A stretch of DNA of 64,000 bases from Euprymna scolopes. Taxonomy: Eukaryota. The stretch is taken from assembly GCA_053919585.1 (NCBI GenBank), contig CM132793.1. One strand, 5' to 3'. The translations under genes were made by a program, and so were the position numbers. Positions 26,261 through 39,573 of this stretch are shown here, piece after piece; the stretch's first letter is position 1, and the number at the start of each line of letters is the position of its first letter. The notes under the pieces were generated by a model that worked only from the letters and a program-made list of their open reading frames with translations, was not told the DNA's origin and did not search any database.

Positions 26261-26934
26261 CAATGATAGTTGAGGTCTTGAAATGTAAGATCAAGCAGCA
26301 TCAACGTATGAGTGTTTTATAACATAAAAGAAAAAAGCTGCAGAAATTTGCATAAATGCATGTCACGTGGATTTGGAGAATGTTGTTACAGAACGGGTGT
26401 CCCAGAAATAGGTTGCTCGATTCTGAAAAAGAAAAAAAGATGCTTCTCACTCTGGACGGCCAGCTAAGATCGATAATCCACGGGAGAAAAATGTCCTCGT
26501 TTCGCCAGACATGACCGAGTACAATTTTACTGAGCAATTTATCCATTACGCCACGGATTTGTGTGGATTAAAACAGGTGTCCTGTTCGAAATTCCGAGTT
26601 CGACAGAAGGATTCTCGATTTCGACAAGAGACATCTGAAGAGAGTCGGAGGTTACATCGGCCGAAAAGTTGTGAAAATGACAATAAAGGAAAACAATAGT
26701 TTAAATAATCCAGTTAATAGCATCAATCCTCATCTCAACATTTCTGAAACTTTAAACTGATGTAATTTTATTTTCTGCTNNNNNNNNNNNNNNNNNNNNN
26801 NNNNNNNNNNNNNNNNNNNNNNNNNNNNNNNNNNNNNNNNNNNNNNNNNNNNNNNNNNNNNNNNNNNNNNNNNNNNNNNNNNNNNNNNNNNNNNNNNNNN
26901 NNNNNNNNNNNNNNNNNNNNNNNNAGTTTATAGG

Positions 26935-27011
<77 letters not shown>

Positions 27012-27021
27012 ACAATGTTTA

Positions 27022-27412
27022 TGCTGAATAGTGCAACGGTTAGAAACACCGACTGTCGTTTGGGTGATCAGTTTCGATCCTGGCTTGAGGTAGTTGCTTG
27101 TCTAGCCGCACTGATGAGCTGTAAAACAGCGAAACAGTACTGTATGTTGATGACTATAATGCTCCCTATCTTGGGTTGAGCATATTGGGAAGTGATATAC
27201 AAATTACCATTAGCGTATGAAGCGATACACTTTGTGTAAACAAATTGAGCCTAGGTATAGTGACAATGCCAAAACATTGTTAATTCACTACTCGCAGCCA
27301 AATAGCGCAACGGTAAGAAATACAGACTGGCGGGCGGGTTTCAATCCTGGCTTGAGGTAGTTGCTTGTCTAGTCGCACTGATCAGGTGCGAAACAGTAGT
27401 GTATGTGGATGA

Positions 27413-27415
<3 letters not shown>
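27022..27415 (+). mobile_element. Retrozyme-like 1.5-mer: tRNA-like promoter plus hammerhead ribozyme, in a (TA)n tract
   Basis: Two tandem tRNA-like segments (TAGTGCAACGGT..GTTTCGATCC; TAGCGCAACGGT..GTTTCAATCC), each followed by a hammerhead; ~260-bp period. Confidence 0.8.
27106..27149 (+). ncRNA. Minimal type I hammerhead ribozyme
   Basis: CCGCA CTGATGA GCTGT-AAA-ACAGC GAAA CAGTACTG TA TGTTG. Confidence 0.85.
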
Positions 27416-27474
<59 letters not shown>

Positions 27475-27476
<2 letters not shown>

Positions 27477-28135
27477 GGTAAAACGATAAACGTATCGCCC
27501 TTAAGAAAACAACACTACAGCTTTATTTTAAAACTTTTATTGAAAAAATCAATTCAGGTAACTTGATAATGTAGTAGCGCTGACATCTATTCGATACAGC
27601 CGAAATCAGCCGAAATCAGCCTCAATCTGGATACGCCTCAATTGTCACGATACGGGTCCGGAACTGGGAGCATGCCTTTTCCACAAGCGCCGGCGGGAGC
27701 TCGGTGAATAATTGGCGGATGGCGGCGATCGAATTGATGCTGTGGGAGGTCATGTTGGTGATGTTCTCGACGTATGAGCAAACGAAGTAGTCCAGCAGGC
27801 TCAGGTCGGAAGAGGATAGGGTGGACAAATGAGAGAAGTGTACAAAGTCATAGCACTCTTTCTGAAGTCAAGCCTGCGTCTCTTTGGACTTGTGGGTCGG
27901 CGCCTCACTCAGGGTCTGCCCGCGGCCACCTAACTTTAGCAGGGAATCACCAAACTCTTCAGCACACCCAGATAAACTTTTGTGTTGACTTTCAAGCCGA
28001 CTTCAAAGATGTGAGTTTGCATGATGTGGCCTTCACTTGAAGCCACACCAAAGACCATAACCCTGGCCACAATATTTGCTTTCATCACGCTGGCAATGTC
28101 TCTCAAGCATTGAACCGTCCAGGTTTGCATTTTAG
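27475..28135 (-). pseudogene. Tc1/mariner-superfamily transposase 3' fragment
   Basis: VMVFGVASSEG..GLKVNTKVYLGVLK, SSDLSLLDYFVCSYVE, VEKACSQFRTRI. Confidence 0.8.
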
Positions 28136-29049
28136 TGTATATAATCAATTAATTCAGCAATACGTTCAATATAAAATGTTAGTATTAAAACTATTTCAAT
28201 TGATAGTTATAAGTCATGAAGTTATAATTCATTTCTGCTTAATATATAAATATAACTTAATTAGTACTTACATTTACCTTAATTTTTATTTATTTATTTA
28301 TTTTTTATTATTTTATCAGTATTATTATTATTATAAGTTATTTTGAAATAAATGTTTTTAAATTTCACATGTGTAAGTTTAAATGGAATAAATGATGCAT
28401 AAAAATGTGTGGCGATTGAACTGCCGTAGTGAATTAGGGCTGCGGTGTTCGTTTTTTTTTGTTTTTTTGTATTTTTTTTTTGTATGTTTGTGTATAATCC
28501 AGAATAATAGAATGTCAGCGTTGCAGCCAATGACAATAGGCAGACTGTTATGGGAGTGGGGAGGAGAACTCACTATTTCTGAATAGCGAAGTGTAGTGGT
28601 AGTTGTAAGTGTATGAGTGTGCAATCTAGCTGATATCGGTGTCAAGTCGATATAGTTATAATGGTTATAGAAGTACCCGGTCCTGTTTAGAAGAGTGGGA
28701 AGACTTTTCAGTTAGAGGGGAAAATATGAGCTAGTTCGTCTTTAGGTCTTGGCAGTCGTGATAATATCGCTCCTAAGAAATAAGGTACAATTTTATTTTA
28801 TCTAATAAATATGTCTGTAACGGCGTTCATAAGTTACATAAGATGGTGGGTAAAAGTTTAGACAAAATAAATTCGGATGTGGCATCTGTCATTGCAAACT
28901 TATCATAATTTGGTCCAGAGGGAATTTCTGCAATCAAATTATTATAAAGAAAAGAAAGAAGAAAATACAACTTTGTTATATATGGGTCGTGGAATTGCAT
29001 TCATTTGCAAAAGATCTAGCTAATTTGCATATTCTTTAAAACACTCATT

Positions 29050-29300
29050 TTAATTATGGTGAGGTCCCAATTTGTGGGCTTTAGGGAGTGTGGAGCCACC
29101 CTTTAATTACCATTGCTCACAGGTTCACTCTGACCAGGGTTGGTAGTACCTGTTAGGGTCCGAACTATGGGTTAAATCGAAACCGACTTGAAAAATATAT
29201 ATATTCTATTAAAAAAGATTTCTTCAAAATTACTGGATTCGGCATTAAATAACCTGAAAAGGGTCGATATGCCGTAAAACAAAAACAGCCAACCAAACAA
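29050..29300 (+). mobile_element. Unclassified SINE-like interspersed repeat (second copy 32540-32750)
   Basis: GGTAGTACCTGTTAGGGTCC..ACTATGGGTT..CTGGATTCG..TTAAATAACCTGAAAA..GATATGCCGTAAAACAAAAAAC shared between the two loci. Confidence 0.7.
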
Positions 29301-30479
29301 AAATTAAAAACGCGCCAAGAGAAGTTTTCCAAAAAGATTAATAACATATCTTAAAACTAATTTCTTTCTATTATTAACTCTAAAGTAAAAGTTAAAAAAA
29401 AACGTATTTCATATCTGTTTATCCGATTGCTTTTGATGTAATGACTGCTTGTTTATATCTCGAAGTTTCTTTTCAAGCATCTCCTCAGATAAAAATAACC
29501 GTAGCATGATTACGCGAAACCGCCAGAGCTAGATAGGAAAGGAAACATGCATCCGTGATGAAACCAATTCGATTTTTAAGTTTTACTTGATCTAAATCTC
29601 CGCGTTGTTTGAGTTCATGTTGAACGGCCACTTCAAGAAACGAAAGAGGAATTTGTCGGTCCGTTAAATTGGGCCCTCTTGATGTGTATATAACGAGCCA
29701 ATGAGATGCAGTATCTTCCTGTCTGTTTAAGTCTCGCCATCGATAGATCTTCATCTTTTAACCAATCAGCGACTAGAAGTTGCACGAGTAATCGATATCC
29801 AACGATTGCGTTTTCTCAGAAGTCAATAAGATCTTGGAAGAGAAATATAAGTAAAATAAGAAAAAATGTCTTTTTTATTAATTTATTTATTTATTTATTG
29901 TTTGCTTGAATAATTAGAAAATATGTGTGTTCCTTTTCCGTCAGAATAAGTTTAAGATACAAGTCATGGGATATTTCTAGTCCATATCAATATCCGAAAG
30001 TACTTTAGCGAAAAAATAAAATGGATCGATAGTAACAAATTTAGCATCGAAGAAAATGTATCCAAACATTTTCAATGAGCAACTGAAAAGTCTTTAATCA
30101 GAAAATATTTTCGCCTAAACCGAAATAAACATCAAAACGTTAAGAAAACAAACGCTATGTGTTTATGACATTGTAAATAATGTAGATTAGCTGTTGACAT
30201 TTGGCAGGAAAAAGTCATGCAATTTTGCGCGCCCTTTGGATGAATCGTGAAACGGAGAGAGATTAGCACACTTTTCTCAACGTCCAAAAATCGTTTCCAT
30301 GAAGTAAATTGAGCCTCCACCGCTGATGTGGTGATAGTAAGCTGCTAATCAGAATTATCTCACTTCCTTGTTCGGGAAGAAGAGTTAGTCACGTTTTGAA
30401 AATAACCCAGATCATAAGAGTACGGGAAGGCGACGAACTCTGAACGCGTACCAACGTCAATGTTGGACAACAAGCGATC

Positions 30480-30700
30480 AAAATACGCCTGTCTTCTCGA
30501 CAGATTTGTATTTCAATCGATAAACCCAGGGACGAGTGAAGCGATTGGCTCCACAACACTGGACTTCATCAAACGCCTTGATCTAGTAATAATGCTCAAC
30601 GCCGCATCACCGTCGTAAATTGACTTGGCTCTGTGAACGCCTCTTCATCGATATTATTTAAGGGAATACTTTGAGCTTGCTCTCGTTCTGCTAAGCAATC
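30480..30700 (+). pseudogene. Possible CRE-like restriction-like endonuclease C-terminal remnant
   Basis: AIGSTTLDFIKRL ... ERLFIDII*GNTLS resembles the RLSIxIxRGNA motif. Confidence 0.4.
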
Positions 30701-32539
30701 TGGATATCTGATTAGATTTCCTGATATTCTGCATATAAGCCTTTGACAAAAAGATGCTCAGGAACATTCAAATTTAAATCGAATATTCATGTTTTGATAG
30801 TTGTTTAATTGAGCATTTATTGATAACGTTTTTCTACTCACAGTGTGTCCATTGTGCTAACCGCATGCGCAGTCTACTGGAAATCAATTCCGTAGCTTCT
30901 GTATCCTCACACGGGTAAATAGAAACATCTAAATAACACGATCAGTTTACTCTCTACGGATAACTTTGTCATTAAAATGAACCCGATATTATTTTAATTT
31001 ACACATATATCATTTCCGTTTAAATTTAAAAGAAAACCTTAACTAACACTTTTTTCTCTCTAAAAGTTCATGGCGCATTATCTTCTGCATATATGTTTTC
31101 GCTTTTGTTTAAAGTAATTATATTCGATTGATAATAACCATATTTTTAATTGAACATATAATGATGATGAATAAAAGTTACGTATAACTTCATTATATAA
31201 TCAGATCAATATTTTTTTCTTTAATTCTTGTTATACGCCGTTGGTCGAGGGATTCTAACACCGTAACGAAACCATTTCTGTCTCTGTAAGCGTTAGTGAA
31301 GAACAAACCATATGGTCAACATCAACTACAACGATCTTCAAGTGAAATTAAACATTTATAAATGCATAAACATTATACAAGCACAGATTCGCAAGGACGT
31401 TCCAAAATGCAGCACAAATGGCAAAAAAAATCGTCAACACATGTATAGTTTGATTTAATTGTCATAAAAGGTTTTGTATTCGAAAAAGATTACTTATCGC
31501 GTTTATGGCCTATCTCTGGTAACTTCGCATCGGCATTTTCCGGCAGGTTATGCATACAGCCGGAAGATACTGAAGCGATTACTAATCAGTTATGAGAGGG
31601 CGACAATCTTCGATGATCGACTGAAATTCATTAAATCAAGAAACTTTCTTTTTTTTAATGTTTAAATAACGTTCAACACGCTATGTCAACGGGAAATCGT
31701 CTCCTTTACCACGTAATAAAAATGTATTTATGAATAGAAAGCCAGTCTTAAGCTTGGCAAAAAGGGAGGGAGTTTTGTACGTAATCGTTTGTCAATCTTC
31801 GTTTCGGCATCTTCCGGCAGCTGATGTAACCTGATTGTTGCATGTTGATGCTGTTGTTGGAGATTGCGTTCTAAGCTGCACAAGTACCTTCGAATAATAT
31901 AAGCTATTATGATATGTAAAACGATGTCACTGCGAGGAATCGGAGAATATGTTGCATTCAAATGAATGCGCAAATCAAGAATAGGTTGGATAACGCTTCT
32001 TAACGATTTCGTATCTTTAAAAACGTTTGGGTGGTAGTCAGCTATAAGTATATAGGTATAACATTTTTATGTTTACTCTTATATTTGAATTTTTTTTGTT
32101 TGTATGCAATCGATTTTATGGTGGAAAGTGATAAAGATATAACGCCTTTCTCTCCTTTTTTATATAAATTTGTTCCAGATGGGAAGAGGGATGTTCTATT
32201 TGGTTCCAAACATTCATCCACTATCTCATACATTCAAACCGAGAGACCACCTTAAGATTTTAACCTTCCCTTCAAACGCAATCGGTTTGTATCCGTCTTG
32301 CACTTGGTTCATCGGGTATATTTGCAAAGTATTTTTTAAATTATTTTTCATAAGTTTGGTTATTCCTATAATTACTGGAATGATGAGGATCTTCCTAAGA
32401 CCCTAGTTTATTTTCATTTCCTATTTCGTTATCTTCTCCCTCGACGCTTTATTTAACCCAGCGTCGTTGGACACACTAACTTCTACTAAGGTTGCTTCTT
32501 TCTCTTTCTTGTCCTGCCACTATGACGGTACTGGATATG

Positions 32540-32750
32540 GCCTTAAACTATATCCAATGGTGAGGCTCCAACTTGCTGGCTTTGGGGAGTGTGGTAGTAC
32601 CTGTTAGGGTCCCAACTATGGGTTGAATAGAAACTGACTTGAAAAAAAACAAATATATTCTATTAAAACCTTTTTCTTCAAAATCACTGGATTCGATATT
32701 AAATAACCTGAAAACGGTTGATATGCCGTAAAACAAAAACAACTAACCAA
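32540..32750 (+). mobile_element. Unclassified SINE-like interspersed repeat
   Basis: Homologous to 29050-29300. Confidence 0.7.
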
Positions 32751-33915
32751 CCTATCATTATGTCAGGTTTAATAGTGCCGTTTTCGAGGTACGTAGCAGC
32801 AGGTACGTGCATAATCATAGTCGATGGTTTAATGTGACCAAACGTTGCACGTGAAAAGAGAAAAAAACATAAATATGTTTCACCAAAAACAAATTTTGTA
32901 TCAGTAAATGAACATTTGGTATTGTTTTAATGCCAAGGAGAATGATTTGGGAGAGAAAGTGTTTCTTTTTTTTTTCTTTTTTTTTTTTAATGGCGACAAT
33001 TTGAAAACTGAACAACAAAGGTCATATATTAACGTGGAAATAAGCAGACAATATGTTGGCTGAAAATTTTTGATTTATTCAAAAAAAATTTTTTAAATCA
33101 AAACCATCACGGATTAAGCTTGCATATGAAAACGAATTAACATTACAGAAAACCAAAAGACAACTTAAAAATGAAATTGAAGCATTTGTTAAAGTCGATG
33201 ACATTTTAGACATTTTGTTTAAGAATAAACACAAAAGAAATATAAGAATCAACTCTATTTAAATTACACCTATGCGTAATAACAACGCATGCGCCATACT
33301 TTGATCTAACTCAGAAAGTTATCTTATCGGTTTTTCAAATCAAACGTAAATAGTATTTACGAAGGATAATAAAAATTTTACTCTGACTATTCAATTTTCA
33401 TGTATTATTGTTGTACTGAGTTATTTACGATATAATAATTTCGTTAAAACGTATTTAAATAATCTTAGCCTAGTCCAGATGACTGTTCATATGAAACACT
33501 TTTAACAATCACGTAAAAAAATCATATCAAAAGATAACTCTTTTTGAATTAAATAATTTAAGTTAATAAATATACAAACAAGTCAAAACAAAAATGATTT
33601 TACNNNNNNNNNNNNNNNNNNNNNNNNNNNNNNNNNNNNNNNNNNNNNNNNNNNNNNNNNNNNNNNNNNNNNNNNNNNNNNNNNNNNNNNNNNNNNNNNN
33701 NNNNNNNNNNNNNNNNNNNNNNNNNNNNNNNNNNNNNNNNNNNNNNNNNNNNNNNNNNNNNNNNNNNNGATATTCATCGAAGACATTCTGAAAAAAAAAA
33801 CGTAAGAACACTACCAGACACGTAAAGTACCTATGTATGAAGTTTCATAAGAATCGACCCAGCCGTTTTCGAGTCTATAAGGAACAAACTCACAAAAGGC
33901 ACACACACATACAAA

Positions 33916-33959
<44 letters not shown>

Positions 33960-34452
33960 ATGATCAACAAATGTTTCATTCTCCCCTATTCTAATAGTCA
34001 TCAAAATCGGTGAAATCTCTCATTTTTTCAATCAAATCGATTGATTACCTGCTCTAATTGGGGACACATTCCAGTGCAAATAGAGGAAGCTTCACACGTC
34101 TCTCGCAGTGGCTTAGTTCACAATATACCGTAGTGTACATTGCACTGTAGAGAACCTACTGTTGATTTTATGAAATTATGTTCATATATAATGGCTTGAA
34201 TTAAAGTTTAAAATACAAAAGTCAAGTATCATAGTTTACTAGTGTTCTAAACGGAACGATTTATTTCGAAAGCTTCCCATTGTTCATTTTATATATCCGG
34301 CATTACTGCTTGTGCGGTGGTAATAGCTTGAATTTAATTTTAAAATGAAAAAGTCAAGTATCATGGTGTAATTGTGCTTTAAACAGAATCTTTTATTTCA
34401 AGCGCCCCCCTCCACACGCACAAAAAAAGTTCCCTTTATATAATAGTAAATA

Positions 34453-35543
34453 TACTATTATATAAAAGAATCTGTGTGTGAGAGTGCGTTACCAATGGAT
34501 TCTGAAACGGCTGGGCCGATTTTTATAAAATTTAAGACAAATATACCTTATGTATCTGTCAGTGCGTTACCAATGGATTCTGAAACGGCTGGGCCGATTT
34601 TTATAAAATTTAAGACAAATATACCTTATGTATCTGTCAGGGTTCTTAGATAGATTTTCTATCGGAATGTCTTCAATAACTATCAATAATCGATTAACGA
34701 AAAAATCTGATGAAAGAAAGAAGAGACGATTTTGATCAAAGTTTACACTTTATCGATGGTTCGATACCTCCGTTCAGTCTCGAAAGAGAAAGGATACTCA
34801 CGGTAGGGCCAGCAGTGCATGTAATTGCGAGGCAAGTCTTGCGCAATCTCCAAACACACCTCTCCTGAATCGGCACTGTTTGAATCCAGTGGCAAGGAAA
34901 AGTCTGGAATCGTAAAATTGCTTCCTGTTTAAATAGAACTGACGTTTCCTAATACCAAAATATCTGACATTTACTGCAGTATCTCGAACTACATATAAAA
35001 CGCACTTTGCCTGTGTGTGACGACTGGGAACAATGTCGAGATAAGCAAATAGCGCATACAGCACCTGGAAGTAGTACTGACCAGGTTCAACGTTGCTTAC
35101 ACTTTATACAGCCTAATATCACAAGTGCATTTGATAAGTTTTTTTAGCACACAAGCTGAAAGGCCCGACATATAAAACCAACATTAGGTTCTTTAATATG
35201 ACAAGAGCGGTTTTGGAAGGAATGTTTCTGTTTAAAGCACAATTATATCATGACACTTGACTTTTTTTATTTTAAACTTTTATTCAATCCGTTATATATA
35301 TAAAAAAATAATAATTTAAAGTTCAATGTACACTACAATGTATTGTGGTCTAAGCCTATGTGAGGAAACATGTATGTTTCCTCCTGGTGCAGTGCGATGG
35401 GCCCCTAATTAGAGCAGGCAATCAATAGATATAATTTGCAAAATAGGAAATTTCACTGATTTCGATGACAATAAAAATATGAGAGTGTGAAAAATGTTTG
35501 GATCCTTATTCAATCCTGGACAATTTCGGATCTCCCTGCTAGT
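34453..35543 (+). mobile_element. Non-autonomous Helitron-like element with internal 78-bp tandem duplication (34483-34638)
   Basis: 3' hairpin then TGCTAGT; homologous to 38810-39573 and to inverted copies at 25620-25910 and 33790-34440. Confidence 0.65.
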
Positions 35544-36139
35544 GTATACAAATAATTCCATGTCGTCTCTCGTATAAGTACCTGATACTAGAAAAAATCG
35601 AGAAAATAATCCTAACAATATGAATCTAGTCAATCAAAAAAAAAAGTCGTACAATACGGATTTACTCTTCATTTACTTAAGTATCAATTCCGTTACAAAA
35701 GCTATGAATCAACTCTCTTTTCAGATATTTGTACATCTAAACGTGTAAAACAAGTCGTTTGCAATATGTGTTATTTTTAAGTAATTGTATAAAGTTGATA
35801 TGTCATAAAAGAGACTATTATGACAATTTTGATAAATTAAGATTGTCTATTTGTATAACTTGTTTTATTCAAACTACTGTTCTTATCTGGAAGATTATTC
35901 TAAAAAAAATTTTTTTCACCAATAAATATTGTCGAACTCAGTAATCTTTCTGTCGAAGTCGGTGATCTGTGTTGAAATCCGAACGGTACTATTTATTTAA
36001 TCCAGTGTCATAGCATGATATCGTCCTGTCATACATGGCCGGATATAAGTCTTAATGAATAACCTATTGTATTCTTTGTATCGCCCGCACTGAAGATTGA
36101 ACCTCCAATTTCCAGAAGATATATATCTGTATATAGTTA

Positions 36140-37779
36140 GTGGATCACAAAAGTGTGTACACCCTCACATTCTGCAGATATGTAAGCGTATCTCTTCATG
36201 GGACAACACTGGCAAAATGAAACTTTGACAGTCTGCGTACAGTTCATACAACAAAGTTAATTCACTTTCCGCAAAAATCTCTAAAATAACTCAAAATAAA
36301 ACCATTAAAAGCTAAAGACTTGTCAACAAAATAAGTACACCCTTAAGAAACTAAAACCCTAAATGTCCAAATTGAGTACTGCTTGTCATTTTCCCTCCAA
36401 AATGTCATGTGACTCATTGATGTTAAAAGCCCATGTTTGCATAGAGAGCAAGTGTGTTCAGATTTGTGGTGCAGCTCTCACACTATCTCATATCTCATCC
36501 TGGTCACCGGAAGTTCCAACATGGCACCGTATAGCAAAAAACTCTCTGAGGATCTGGAAAGACGTATTGTTGCACTATATGAAAAGGGCTAAGGCTACAA
36601 TAAGATTTCCAACACCCTGAAACTGGGCTGCAGTACAGTGGCTTAGATCATTCAGCGTTTTAAAAGGGCAGGGTTTACTTAGAACAAATATCGGGTAGGT
36701 CGTTCGAAGAAGCTGAACGCACGCGCGGAGCACCACATACGCTTTCTTTGAAAGATCTGTGTAGGAGTACTTAACATTGCTGCAGAGATTGAAGAGGTAA
36801 GTAGGGGTCAGCCTGTTAGTGCTCAGACCATACGTCGCACCCTAAATCAAATTGGTGTGCATGACTTTTACCCCAGGAGAAAGCCTATTCTGAATACGAC
36901 GTCTGAAAACAGTTTGCTGAAGACATGTCAACAAAGCACATGGATCACTGGAACTATGTCTTGCGGTCTGATGTGAGGAAGATTAATTTGTTTGGTTCTG
37001 ATGGCTTCAAGCATGTATGGCGACGATCAGGGGAGGAGTACAAAGATAAGCGTGCCATGCGTACAAGCAAGCGTGGTGATGGAAATGTCGTGGTCTGGGG
37101 CTGCATGAGTGCTGCAGGTGTTGGAGAATTACATTTCATTGAAGGAAACATGAACTTCAACATGTATTGTGGAATATTGTAGCAGATCATGGTCTCCTTC
37201 CTTCAGAAACTGACTCGCAGGGCAGTGTTCAAACATGACAATGACTCCAAACACACCTCCAAGACAGCCACTGCTTTACTGAAGAGGTTGAGAGTAAAGG
37301 TGATGGACTGACCAAGCATGTCTCCAGACTTGAGCTCAATAGAACATATTTGTGGGATCCGCAGGCGGAAGGTGAACGTGCGCAAAGTCTCCAATATCTG
37401 CTAGTTCCGCGACGTTGTCATGGAGAATGGGAATTGCATTCCAGTGTCGACTTGTGAAGCTGATAAACTACATGTACAGGGGAGTGAAGGCAGGTCTGTA
37501 TATTGCTGGTGGCCACACAAAATATTGAGAGTTGGTGTAGTGTATGTTAATATTGACAACTCTCGCTAATGGGTGTACTCACATTTGTTGGCAGAGGTTT
37601 AGCTTTAAATGGTTATATTTTGAGTTATTGTGAGGAGAAAATAAATTAACTCTGCTATAAAAGCTGCACACAGACTAATTTTCATTGTGTCAATGCGTCA
37701 TTATGTAAGTGTTTGCATATTAAAAGGTATATTTAAATATCTGCAGAAATGTGAGAGGTGTACTCATTTTTGTTACACA
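36140..37779 (+). mobile_element. Full-length but disrupted Tc1 transposon with long IR/DR-type TIRs
   Basis: Transposase from ATG 36521 to ~37528: WNYVLRSDVRKINLFGSDG, VVVWGCMS, HDNDSKHTS, SPDLSSIEH; ~200-bp TIRs with repeated GTACACCC motifs. Confidence 0.93.
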
Positions 37780-37812
<33 letters not shown>

Positions 37813-37963
37813 GTAAGTATGAAAATAAATTAACTCTGCTATAAAAGCTGCACACAGACTAATTTTCATTGTGTCAATGCGTCATTATGTAAGTGTTTGC
37901 ATATTAAAAGGTATATTTAAATATCTGCAGAAATGTGAGAGGTGTACTCATTTTTGTTACACA

Positions 37964-37992
<29 letters not shown>

Positions 37993-37994
<2 letters not shown>

Positions 37995-38146
37995 GTAAGT
38001 ATGAAAATATATATGGCAATAAAACTGCATAGAATATTCCGCGTTTCATCATCGTGAGAATTCGTCAGGTTGACGAATTCTCACGAGGATGAAACGCGGA
38101 ATATTCTGTGTAGCTTAATTGCTATATATATTTTCATAACTTACTA
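37993..38146. repeat. Near-perfect palindrome centred on a hammerhead-like core
   Basis: ~75-bp arms around GGT (38068-38070); family also at 54962-55140 and 62372-62588. Confidence 0.85.
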
Positions 38147-38333
38147 CCTAGCTCTACTTATGTACTGAGCACTGTCGAGAATGAAACGCGGAATATTTTG
38201 TCTAGCTTAATTGTAATATATATATATATATCTTCATAACTTACTATCTAGCTCTACGTATGTATTGAGCACTGAAAATTTTACGCATAAATTCTTTTTT
38301 CTTATATTAATTTATGTGATTAAATGAAATAGT

Positions 38334-38415
<82 letters not shown>

Positions 38416-38809
38416 GAGAGACAGCTATAGAGAGAGGGGAAGAGGGGGGCCTCTACCAATAAATAATAGTCTTGTATTGCGGGTGTCTTTTCTATTGTTA
38501 TAATTGTATACACAGCTTTTTGTGTGAATGTCGTGGAAATCTATCTAAAATATATGAGTGATTACTGTAATCACTATGCATTTACAAAATCATGATGTCT
38601 TTTTTCTTTCTTTTTTTTTCGCGGGGAAGGTGCACATGTGTTTATTTATAAGACGAATAAACTTTGATTAAACTTTACAAGAGTTTTAATTAAATTTACC
38701 CACACAATCACTCACTTATTTCATAAGCCGTTTTCAACGCCAGCAACATCCATAAAAGTTGTTACATGCTCAAGCGAGTAAAAAGGAAAAGCCCGTCAAC
38801 AACTCGTTA

Positions 38810-39573
38810 CTGGAATCGTAAAATTGCTTCGTGTTTAAATAGAACTGACGTTTCCTAATACCAAAATATCTGACATTTACTGCAGTATCTCGAACTACAT
38901 ATAAAATGCACTTTGCCTGTGTGTGACAGAGTTTGTTCCCTATAGATTCCGAAAAAATTAGGCCGATTTTTTTTTTCACACAAATATACTTTATGTCTCT
39001 GGAAGTGTTCTTAGAAAACATTTGTATCGGAATTCCTCCGATAATTGTAAAAATTTGAACAAATTCGATAAAAGAAATACAGTCCAATTTTGACCAAAGT
39101 TAACACCCTTAAACAGCTTAACATCTAAAGTGCATTTGAGAAGTTTTTTTTTCACCGCACAAGCAGAAGGATCCGGCGTATAAAATTAATACTAGGTTCT
39201 TTTATACGACAGGGTCGCGTTCGAAATGAATGTTTCCGTTTAGACCACAACTGAAGAAGGATTCTTGAGTTTTTAACATTTTAAACTTTAATTCAAGCCA
39301 TTTTATAAAAATAAATTTATTAAATCAACAGTGGGTTTTCTACAGTGCAATATAGACGCCAGGTTATTATGGACTAACTCACTGCTGAGAGGCATGTGAA
39401 GCTTTCTTTCTAGTGCATCGCGGTGGGTTCTCAAACTGCAGCAACCAATAAATCGATTTGATTTTAAAAAAATGGGAAATTTCACCGATTTCGATGATAA
39501 TAAAAATATTGAAAGTGTGGAAGATTCGTTGATCCTTATTCAATCCCGAGCAACGTCTGGTCTTCCTGCTAGT
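38810..39573 (+). mobile_element. Non-autonomous Helitron-like element
   Basis: ~120 bp nearly identical to 34904-35022; ends CCCGAGCAACGTCTGG..TGCTAGT. Confidence 0.6.

Noticed and set aside
37822-37992. Exact duplication of the Tc1 right TIR plus flanking TA tract
   Set aside because: Identical copy next to a microsatellite; more likely an assembly overlap or simple local duplication than a distinct element.
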